Shown one piece after another: positions 27,506 to 38,313 of a stretch of DNA of 64,000 nucleotides. The notes under the pieces were generated by a model. It did no database searches, was not told the origin of the DNA, and saw only the letters and a list, made by a program, of their open reading frames with translations. The position numbers and the translations under genes were made by a program. How positions within the stretch are numbered: the stretch's first letter is position 1; the number at the start of each line of letters is the position of its first letter. This DNA comes from Octopus sinensis (lineage: Eukaryota), in assembly GCF_006345805.1 (NCBI RefSeq), contig NC_043006.1, positions 17,546,001 to 17,610,000 of the forward strand, in the 5' to 3' direction.

Positions 27506-27885
27506 GGAGGCGCAATGGCCCAGTGGTTAGGGCAGCGGACTCGCGGTCATAGGATCGCGGTTTCGATTCCCAGACCAGGCGTTGTGAGTGTTTATTGAGC
27601 GAAAACACCTAAAGCTCCATGAGGCTCCGGCAGGGGTTGGTGGCGATCCCTGCTGTACTCTTTCACCACAACTTTCTCTCACTCTTACTTCCTGTTTCTG
27701 TTGTACCTGTATTTCAAAGGGCCGGCCTTGTCACTCTCTGTGTCATGCTGAATATCCCCGAGAACTACGTTAAGGGTACACGTGTCTGTGGAGTGCTCAG
27801 CCACTTGCACGTTAATTTCACGAGCAGGCTGTTCCGTTGATTCAGATCAACCGGAAACCCCCGTCGTAACCGATGGAGTGCTTCC
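27506..27885 (+). mobile_element. Full-length tRNA-derived SINE family D
   Basis: A/B-box-like head ggcccagtggttagg...ggtttcgattcc; matches 14914-15283(-) and the 3' part of 59237-59535. Confidence 0.9.
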
Positions 27886-28237
27886 TCCCTTCCTAACTCT
27901 ATATATTCAACTATCTATGTATCTATCTATTTATAAGTATCTATATGTATATCTTCCTATCTATACGTATCTATTTATCTATATGTATCTATATATCTAC
28001 CTGTGTCTGTCTGTCTGTCCTTATACTTGCTGTTTGTTATATATGCTTGTATGAATAGAAGATTATCTGTGCTTGCATCTTACCGAACATGCTGCCAGGC
28101 ATGAAAATTATCTTGATTTTCACAGACTGTGCTTATAAACTCACACACGTATTTTTCATAAATGTATTTAATCTTAGGCTTGCTTCTTTTTCATATTTGA
28201 TATTTGATCAGATGTGTGTATACGGCTTCTATTAAAA

Positions 28238-28305
28238 CACTAATATTTTTCTTTTTTTTTCTTTTACTTTTAGGTAAGTAACTCAAAAGTACCCAATGGG
28301 TAAGA
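28238..28305 (+). promoter_or_regulatory. Strong 3' splice site directly followed by a 5' splice consensus (AG|GTAAGT), with a second donor 26 nt downstream
   Basis: Branchpoint-like cactaat 28238-28244, near-pure pyrimidine tract, tag at 28271-28273, gtaagt at 28274, GG|gtaaga at 28300. Confidence 0.5.
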
Positions 28306-30080
28306 ATTCTTTCACTTTGTGTTGTTTATTTATCACTTTGTTCTGGTGTTGAGATGTATTCATTGTACTTTTGTTGTTAATTTGTATAGTAGTGTTTGAT
28401 AGAATTACAGTTTGTGTTCGTTATCTGGGGAGAAGAAAAAATAAATAAGAGAGAAAAAAAAAACTTAAACTATTTGAGTATTTTTTTGTTTTTGTTTTGT
28501 TTTAGTTACTTACAAATACAAATAAGTACAGGTAAAACAAATTACTTTGTTTTACCTGTACTTACCTGTAAACCTAATCCATCAGCTGGTTTAACATCAT
28601 CGAGCTCTTGGGAGTCTGTAATGGAGTCCACTGTTTTTCAAACATTTCAAACAAGATTTTAATATGGTGATCACTAGTGAGTCATTGTTTCCTTATCTCT
28701 CTCCTTTACCACTCTTGGAGAACCCTGCCAATTCTTCTCTTTTAGTTGCAGTTTCTTCTATTTGCCATAGAGCATCAAAGACACCGGCACAGTTGCAAGA
28801 CATGTCATGAGCCAGGTCCTTTCCCATGGTCCTGACCCAGACCCTGTCTATCCTCCTCTGTTAGTCTTAGGTCCTTCTGACCTTCGTGGAGCATTAGGGG
28901 GCAAGAATAAGAAATTTCCTCCCTTCCACCCAGTGCAATCACTAGGCTTGTCATGGATCTACTTTCTGGCCAGGTCCTTGCTCATTGTTCTCAACCAGAT
29001 CTTTGCTGTCCTCCTCTCTTAGTCTTAGTCTTTTTCTATTGCCCAAAGATCACCAGGAGATAACTTTTTCACCCAACACAGTAAAGAACCTTGCCATGGA
29101 TCTATTCTTTGGCCAGGTCTTTGTTCACAGGTCCTCAACTAGACTCAGGTCTTCACTATTCTCCTCTCTTAGTCTCTTCCACTCCCCATGGAACAGTGGA
29201 TGATGAAATTTCCACCGGTACAGTTGTATTGGGGCTAGATCAGTGTTATGGTCTCATCCAGATGTTGACATTGTATGTACTCTGTCAGGCTTCTACTCAA
29301 GAGAAGCTTCCATTAATTTCTTCGTGGATATATGGGTATACATGGCAGTTGGCCAAGCATCATCCACCATGTAATGCTGATAATATCATGTACTAAGTTA
29401 TTAAAAAATATGTCATGATGATGGCTTTGGAAGGATCCAAAAGAAACCAGCTGCTTTATGGCAATTTGTTTGCGATATATCAGATTTCTCAATTCAAATT
29501 AGAATGGTGATTGTGGTGGGTTTCTTTACTTTTTTTACTGTCAAAAGTCAAATAATGAAATAAATATTCAGAATATATCTGGGGTTCAATCAGTTGACTA
29601 TACTTCACTTCTTATAAAAACAAAAACAAAACAAAAAAAAAGAACAGGAAAAAGGGTAAAAAAAATGGCATTGAGGTCAACGGAAATCAAACAATATTGT
29701 TCTTGAAAACTGACATCTGAAATTAATTAAAATAAAATTAAAAAATAAGTGGTATTTTTTTTCAATTATTTTGATTATCTTGAAATTTCAATACTCATTT
29801 TTTACTTTGCATGAGCTCAAATTACATCTCTCTCCCCACCTCTCTCAACAATGAATTTTTGAATTACAGTTCTTAAATATTTTTAAAACTTTTTTCATTT
29901 TTTTCTTATTCATAATTCATTTCAACTGAATAGCTTGATGAATTGAAATCATAATTATCCATTATTTGTTGGGCAATAAAGTTATTCTTTTTTGTCATCA
30001 CCATTGCTGCTGTCATCATTGTGATGTCCTCTTTGCTATTGTTATTGTCATCATCAGAATATCTAATATTTGTTAAATTT

Positions 30081-31481
30081 ATTACCTCCGCCAAGGAAGG
30101 AGGTTATGTTTTCATTGGCATTTGTTTGTCCGTATGTCTCTTCATCTGTCCTTCTGTGTGCAAAATAACTCAAAAAGTTGTGAATGGTATTTGATGAAAC
30201 TTACAGGAAAAGTTGGTAATGACACAAAGAACAGATGATGAAATTTTGGTAGTGATGCAGGAAATTTTATGGATTCTTGAAGGATTTTTCATTTGTTATA
30301 TTTACTTTGAAGCATTACAATGTTATGTTTTTTGATTATCTCCCTTGAAAACACGTTCATAGTTTTCACGTAACCTATGGTGGCTTTGCTGTTTCCAAAG
30401 TTTTATTTTTCGTTTCTCTATTAGTAATTTTACTCACGTATCTATCTTACTAGAAACTGATGGATAAAGAGATCAAACTACATACAAACGGCAATGAAAT
30501 AATTCACACTAGTCCATCTGTTGTTTGTGAAATGGACAGGCTTCGACAGCAAACGTCATCTCTGAAACTTTGCCTTCTGCTGCTCCCACAGTTACTCATG
30601 GAGGACCACAGATCAGACTGGTCAATACCAGATCCTACTTTGAACATGAACAAGACTTGAAAGTGGACAACACTCTTCAAAATTTTGATGTGTTTTGTTT
30701 CATGGAAATGTTCTTGAAGCAGAATCAACAAGTAGCATCCATCCTACCGCAGTCGAAGATCACTAGAGCAGACAGGCCTGCTGCACTGGGGTGTAGAGGT
30801 AGGGTGATGACTGTTGCCAAGCAGGAGTTCGCCCCATTTGAATGTCAGTGGTTTAGAGTACACTGTTGTCGAAGTGACCATCTCATCAACAAAAATCAGT
30901 ATCATCGTCATTTACAGATCTCCTTCCATACCAGTTGCTCCTTTTCTCACCAGCCTCTGCATCATCTTATAAGATCTTTGGCAAGGAATCATCCGACCAT
31001 CGTTCTCAGTGATTTCAACATAGATCTCCTTGATTCCCCTAACCATGAGATCTTGACAACTATGAACCAGTTTGGGTTCGACCAACTAGTCCAACAACCC
31101 ACCACCGACTATAGAAGGCTGCTAGATCATGTTTACTTGAACCAGGATCGGCATCCACAAGTCACCGTAACCAACTGTTACTTTTCCGACCATGATGTTG
31201 TGTGTGTATCATTCAAGTTTTAGGTAATTGTTGTTTCTTTTTAGTTGTATGGTGAAACTAGCTTGCTGTTGTCATTGATGTATTATAACTGCTTCAGATG
31301 ATTCTTGTTTTTAAAGGGTTTTTTTAAAACAAAATTACATGGCTGTGATATTTTACCCCTGCCAAGGAGGTTATGTTTTTGCCAGCGTTGGTTTGGGAAA
31401 TTGGGCAATTTACAGCATGTGTGTATATGGGTGGAAATGAGCTGCTTGGTGGAGGTCTGCGCTCTCTCAGTGCTTTTCTAA
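30081..31481 (+). mobile_element. Internally deleted Helentron (endonuclease-bearing Helitron) with HINE-type termini
   Basis: 5' tt|attacctccgccaagg..aggttatgtttt; 3' cttggtggaggt (inverted subterminal repeat) followed by gcgctctctcagtgc hairpin and ttttcta; EEP domain inside. Confidence 0.8.
30480..31223 (+). pseudogene. Helentron Rep-helicase C-terminal linker plus apurinic-like (EEP) endonuclease, frameshifted
   Basis: EMDRLR linker in one frame; then LVNTRS, FCFMEMFL, ADR, SDFNIDLL, QPTT, LLDHVY, YFSDH motifs; the IIVIYRSPS motif (30901-30927) lies in a different frame. Confidence 0.85.
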
Positions 31482-31759
31482 TTTATTTTGTATTAATAAG
31501 TGTCAGGAACAGGGACACAAAGGGACATGATGGCATTTGCATGCTTTCTCAGACAAGTGTGAAATTGATAGATTTGATGTTAAGCAAAACCGTTTTGCAG
31601 TTTGGAGCTGTAAGAGAAAAAATGTAGACTTAAAGGAAATTTATGGGCTGCAGCAGTGAAAGAGGAATTGTTGAATAAAGTGGGCTTTTTTTCTTCTTTT
31701 TTCTTAGTAGTATAATTTTTTCTTAGTAGTATATCTATTGGTTGCAACACCACTAGAAT

Positions 31760-32090
31760 TGTGAGTTAAGAGGTTGGTGCACCGAGTAAGCTGGTGTGGA
31801 GGTCATATGTAGCTAATACAGAGGAGCAGAGGTCATTATTGCAGTGGTAGTCATAGAGACGAAACACCATGTCTATGAGTACGTGTTTGAAGTATGTTGG
31901 GATGTGACCTTTTTACTAATCAGCCAAATGGCTTTTTCATCTGAGCTGCAGTCTAGGATATTTGTGTTTGTAGCAACAGTATCGTTTGAAATATGTGAAA
32001 GCATTCTGAGGCAGAGTGTTCTTGAGCTTTGTAGAAGGTCAGCAGTTGATCACAACTGAAGAAATTTCTGACCATGAAGTTCCTGACCAT
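31760..32090 (-). pseudogene. CR1/jockey-group LINE RT 3' fragment
   Basis: Minus-strand RNFFSCDQLLTFYKAQ, then KAIWLI and THRHGVSSL remnants. Confidence 0.6.
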
Positions 32091-32843
32091 GAAGTTCCTT
32101 GCTTTGTGTTTGCTGATTTGACAATGTTATCCATCTATCTATCTGTCCGTCTGTTACATATGTGTGTGTTTGTCTTTCTGAAAGAAATCATCTAGGGTCA
32201 GATGTGGAGAGGAATGGGCACTACCATTATATAGGTAGGTAGATAGATTGATAGATGGATAGACTTGCTTTGAGCTCTCTTGGTAGTTTTGTAGAAGGTG
32301 CTTTCATGGTATACAGTATGTTTTGAGCATTTTTAGAGTTGGTAGAGCAGTTTTGAATACCTGAGTTCTCTCCAGTTATGAATACCTGATTTCTTCTAGA
32401 AAGAGAGAGAGACAGTAAGAAAACAAGAATAATTGACCTCAATACAAGACTGCTACGTTAACATCCCAAAAGAATAAAATATCCAATGCTCTACTGATTC
32501 TCCCTAATTGCTACCTCTATAAGATGAAATTGACCTCTGTAGAGTTTGAGATAGAATGCAAGAGCTGTAACTAAATAACACAAACAATATTATCTGGAAC
32601 TCTACCAATTCTGCTATCTACTGAAGTTCTCCATTAATTGATGTCTAGAGATTGTTACCTTGTGCTGTTTGTGCAGAAGAAGAGTGCAGTTCATTACTAT
32701 TTCCTTGATGTGTATTGCAAATATATGTTGTCGTCTGTTAAATGAGACTAGGTTGTCTTGTCTGTATTGGAAAATGTATTTTGTTGTCTCATTTATATAT
32801 TTGTTTTGCAAGATTTTTGATGTGAAGTCGTGTGTTGAAACAG

Positions 32844-33050
32844 ATATTGTTGTATTTAGGAATGGTCATTTTGCCAGTTTAGCCAATAAAAACATACGCA
32901 CTATATATTTAGTGTTACTTTGCTTCAGCGTTATTTATTTTTTACATTAATCTTTATGAATAACGCTGAAGCAAAGTAATACCAAATATATAGTGCGTGT
33001 GTTTTTACTGGTTAAACTGGCAAAATGACCATTCCTAAATACAACAATAT
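32844..33050. repeat. Foldback palindrome: 92-bp arms, 23-nt spacer
   Basis: Arms 32844-32935 and 32959-33050 with five mismatches; the left-arm family also occurs at about 47090-47160(-). Confidence 0.95.
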
Positions 33051-34541
33051 TTGTTGTCTCTTTTCTTGGAAGTAATACAAATCTGGAATAAGGGGGTTTA
33101 TATTACATATAGTCAGTGTATTTGTGCAGAAGAATAAGGCAGAGTGAAGGATGTATCACTGGCAAAGAATGTGATTAGGAGTCATTGATATAGTTATGTA
33201 AAAGAAGTCATTGTGATGAAGCTTTTACTTAACTGCTGATTTTAAAAGCCAGCAGTCCCCCACTAATGAATATGGCTGGGTAACATATCCCATGTATTCC
33301 TGAGTTTGTTTTTTGGTGCTTTTGTACTCATGAGCAGACATAGACACCTTCTCGACCCTCCCATGCATTCACCCAGCAGCATATCCAAGACACAACAGCT
33401 GAAGGAAGGGTGCCACACCAGCAGACAGTGGGTATTCATTTTCAGTTGAGTAGGCAAGGGTACAACTTGCTCAAGGACATAACACAGTTGCTTGGTCCAG
33501 GAATTGAGCCTCTGACATTATGATTATGAGCCAAACGCTTTAATTATTAGGCTGTGCATCTTCACACTCATGCTGATAATAGTCTCTTTAATATTCCCTA
33601 TGAGAATTTATGTTGTTGTTTTCCTTCTTTCTTGAAGAAATTAGAGGACTGTCTTTCCTAGAATTTAGATGCCTGTCAGTTTTTTCTTAAGCATGCATTT
33701 ACTTGTGCAAACCTCTTTTATCTCTTGCAAAACGTGATGTCAAATACTATTTTCTTCTTAAGTTCCTGCAGTTAGCTGTCAAGCCTGAGTAGTAAATTAA
33801 GCCACTTTTCATTGATGCTTTTAAGCAGTTCATTTTCCTGGTGATGTGCATTCCATGAAAGAACAGAGCTTTTGTATAAGGAAATAACCTGGGTAAAGTA
33901 GAAATGTGTCTGTGGGGGATGAATTCACTTTTTTTTTTTTTTTTTTTTTTTTGGCATATCCGAAGCGATATAATTGATTGTTCTGACATATATGGTAATA
34001 TGTAGAATTGGTTAAGTTTTATACTCTCTGCTTCTTTGAAGGCTGATGAAGTAGGATCAGTTATATTTCAATTTGGTATGAAGAAATTATAGAACTTTTA
34101 TACCCATTTTATTGACTGGTCTTGAGTCATGTTCATATAGAAATGGTGAATGTTAAGTAATTTTATTTTTTACCTAGCTCTACTTCAATGTAATATATTT
34201 TGGTTGTAATCACTGTAGACAATATAATGACATTATTTAGAACATAACATTTGAAGAATAACATGACTGAAGAATGCAGTCCTACTCCAATACTTTTCTC
34301 TTGCTATGATGGCCGGGTTTCCTTACAATATTTTAAAAATTTCTTTTACTTGTTTCAGTCATTTGACTGTGGCCATGCTTGGGCGCTGCCTTGAAAAAAG
34401 TTTTTTAGTTAGATGTATTGACTGCAGCACTTATATTTTTAAAGCCTGGTACTTATTCTATCAGTCTCTTTTGCTGACTGCTAAGTTATAGGGATGTAAG
34501 CACACTAGCTCCAGTTGTCAAGCAGTGGTGGTAGTGAGGGG

Positions 34542-34586
<45 letters not shown>

Positions 34587-34959
34587 CAATGGGCTTCTTT
34601 CAGTTTCAATGTACCAAATCCACTCACAAGGCTTTGGTCAGCCTGAAGCTGTAGTAGAAAACACTTCCCCAATGTGCTATGCTGTGATACTGAACCCAGA
34701 ACCTTGTGGTTGGGAAGCAAGCTTTTTACCTCTCAGGTATGCCTGCACCTGTATATGTTTGCTTATATTTTTTAATCATTTTTATATCATTATAACCCTT
34801 TTCATGCAAACCTACCTGAGACTGCCCTTTGTTCTATGACATAATCTTTCTTTTTTCTGGTGATCTAAATTAAAACCTACCAACATTTTATATTCATTTA
34901 TGTTCCAAACATCAGCTTAATAATGAGTTATTTTACAAAATTCTTTGTTATTATCTGTT

Positions 34960-35173
34960 TCTTTATTACCCACAAGGGGACAAACAAGGACAGACAAACG
35001 GATTAAGTCGATTACATCGACCCCAGTGCGTAACTGGTACTTAATTTATCGACCCTGTAAGGATGAAAGGCAAAGTCGACCTCGGCGGAATTTGAACTCA
35101 GAACGTAACAGCAGACAAAATACCGCTACGCATTTCACCTGGCGTGCTAACGGTTCTGCCAGCTCGCCACCAT
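34960..35173 (-). mobile_element. SINE family A
   Basis: TSD tctttgttattatc on both sides. Confidence 0.9.
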
Positions 35174-36280
35174 CTTTGTTATTATCAAAATCATTTGAAA
35201 CAAAGGTTGTGCATTTCTATAGGAATTTGTTCATAATAATGTTAAAGTACCAGTCAATTAGTGAGGTTGTCCTCAAACTTGTGGTCATGTACTTTTTAAA
35301 AATTTATTTAATAAAGTAATTCTGCTCGGTTAGAATATTGATTTCTTGATTAATTCCCTTAGTACAACCTGTTTTATTATTTTCTTTTTAAATATAATTA
35401 TGCTACTTTTTTAACTTCAGTCTCATTCTGTTTGCTTGAAGAAAAAAATATATAAAACCAGTGGTAAAAATAATAAAATACAGACTCATGTATATATATA
35501 TATATTTTATCTCAATGATGTTCTCAATACAGTTTTTTATAATGTTGAGATAATATCTGAAGAAAAATATTTTTTGTGATACTTGTTAATATTGAATATC
35601 TATCGAAGTATTTAGTTTTTTTGTTGTTTTTTTTCATCTAATTATCATCATCATTTGATGTCCACTTTTCTATGCCTGCATGGGTCAGATGCAATTTGTT
35701 GATGCAGATTTTCTTTGTATGGATGCCTTTCCTGTTACCACCTCTCAAATGTCTCCAGGGTATTAATTCCTTCAGCCAGACATGTTTTCCATGGAAGACT
35801 GGAAACAAAATATTACTTGTCTGACATAGATTTCACTTACAACCATCACATGATGCCAAGGAAATGGTACACACACAGACACACACACACACACACACCT
35901 GATGGGTTGAATTTGGTTTCTGTCTCTCAAATACATTCAAGTCTTTGATTGGCTTGTTGCTATAGCAGAGGACACTTGCCCTAGATGTTATGCTGTGGGA
36001 CTGAACTTGTGACCACATAGTTGTGAAGCAAGCTTCTTAACCAAACAACCATGCCTGCATCTATAACCAGTTCCAAATAAATTCTGTTATTTCTGTTGAT
36101 ATTGTTAGTGCTAAATTTCACAGATTTAAAATTCAATGTTCTATATATATATTCATTAGGGGACAGATATAAGCTACATTATTTTTCAATTTATCATAAG
36201 TCCTTGAGTTTCTGCATTAATTATTGAAATGCATAATGACATATAGTGGTTTTCTCTCTCCCTCTTTAGAATATATATTC

Positions 36281-36500
36281 TCTTTTACTCTTTTACTTGT
36301 TTCAGTCATTTGACTGTGGCCATGCTGGAGCACCGCCTTTAGTCAAGCAAATCAACCCCGGGACTTATTCTTTGTAAGCCCAGTACTTATTCTATCAGTC
36401 TCTTTTGCCAAACCGCTAAGTGACGGGGACGTAAACACACCAGCATCGGTTGTCAAGCAATGCTAGGGGGACAGACACACACACACATACACACATATAT
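36281..36500 (-). mobile_element. SINE family B 3' half
   Basis: Matches the 3' half of 47318-47730. Confidence 0.85.
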
Positions 36501-36509
36501 ATATATATC

Positions 36510-36740
36510 CAAGGTAAGCACAGCAGGCCGTCCTGCTGGATGGGCTGGGGCTGCTATGTGAAACTGGTGCAGAAAACAGCCATGAGCTCAAGTTATCTGT
36601 CGGGTCTTCACAGTCACAGCATATCTCCAGAGGTTTTGGTCTTTTGTCATTGCCTCTGTGAGGCCCAACATTCGAAGGTCATGCTTCCTGGGTCTACCTC
36701 TAACCCGGATTCCTTCAATTGTTGCATAATGGATGATTAA
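36510..36740 (-). pseudogene. RTE-clade LINE 3' end
   Basis: GRPRK..DLRMLGLTEAMTKDQNLWRYAV..KTRQ*, a typical RTE ORF terminus. Confidence 0.75.
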
Positions 36741-38084
36741 ATATACACCTTCATAAACATTTAAATACATGTTACTTTGAGTAAAGAAAAGCATTTATAG
36801 GGCTACATAGAAAGTCTATTGGTTTTGATTTCTGCTTCAAGACATTTCAGTTTATCCTATTATTAATACCACTGGAACAGGAATGATGAATGTATCAGTT
36901 TCCCATTCATCTTTCTCTGGTTGTATATTGTTTAAATATTTTAATCAGAAGATTACAAAATAAGAAACAAATTAACTGGAAAAATACAATAAAAAGATCA
37001 AAAACATCTTACTTTACCAATTGAAAATCAGAAACAACAAATAACCATTTTCAAAGAAATAAACTCAGATACATTAACGCTTCTATAGATAAAATCATAA
37101 CTAGCCATCCACGCTCTCTGTATGGGCTTGTGTTAGTACTATACCTACTGGCAATCCATGCATTCTATTAAACTAGTATTAATAACATACCATCTGGCTA
37201 CCCATGCATTGTATAGGCTAGTATATTCTAACATTTTTATAGAGGTTGATTACCTCAGATGAATGTATACATTTGTACATTTAATTCCTCATTATTTAAT
37301 TAATATCAGCCATGTATCCATTATGGCTTGTATTCATCGTTAACTTTAGTTTTCTTCAGTTTGTCAAGATTACCTTAACCTAGATTTACCTTAGAGTCAG
37401 CTGCTCTTGCTAATGTCAATTATGTAACAAATTTCCTCTTTCTCATTGCATAACCATATTTTTTTATTCCATTAGTTTTTTTTTTTTATCATTCCATTAG
37501 AATTTAGTAGTGTTCATTGCTTTCAGAAATTCAGCTGCAACTTAGAGATGCTCATGTCACCATTAAACTGCACCAGTTGCATATGTACTTGATGCACTTA
37601 AAAGTGATACACACTTTTCTTTTTATGCAATTATTTTGCTTGGAATAGTTTTTATTCATAACTAAAAAACATGCTGAAAATAATAATAGCCTAACATTAT
37701 CTTTTTTGTTAAAGCTTTAATTAAAAATATTAATTGAATTTGTGGCAGTGCATTTAAGAAGCTCTAAATGCAAGGTGTATTACTAATTATTATCTATCTC
37801 ACATTTACTGTGTTCTTAATGAGCATAGCATATCACCATTTCAACATATCAAATCAATTTCATAAACCAGTGTTTGAGATTATTATAATGCTATATACAC
37901 TAACTCACTCTTTCAACACCCATGGCATGTGATTGCCAATAAAATACTCAGTATGCTATTCAAAGGTATCAATATTTCTTAACATATTTTGATCAGTATT
38001 GAATAATATACTCTGTATAATGTTAGATGTGTTGGTTAGTTGGTTGCTTTCTCTGGTCATTCTTTACATTTTATATTTAAAAAT

Positions 38085-38313
38085 AGCGGCGAGCTGGCAG
38101 AAATGTTAGCACACCGGGCGAAATGCATAGCCGTATTTTGTCTGCCGTTACATTCTGAGTTCAAATTCTGCCACGGTCGACTTTGCCTTTCCTCCTTTCA
38201 GGGTCGATAAATTAAATACCAGTTACGCACTGGGGTCGATGTAATCGACTTAATCTGTTTGTCTGTCCTTGTTTGTCCCTCTGTATTTAGCCCCTTGTGG
38301 GTAATAAAGAAAG
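38085..38313 (+). mobile_element. SINE family A
   Basis: Full head-to-tail copy; TSD tatatttaaaaa. Confidence 0.9.

Noticed and set aside
27506-27580. tRNA gene-like sequence (also 5590-5678, 15205-15283, 44740-44810, 59237-59305)
   Set aside because: These are SINE heads that continue into SINE bodies; no complete cloverleaf seen.
30570-31223. 217-aa ORF as an intact host endonuclease gene
   Set aside because: It lies within Helentron termini, has compensating frameshifts and an altered GDFN motif.
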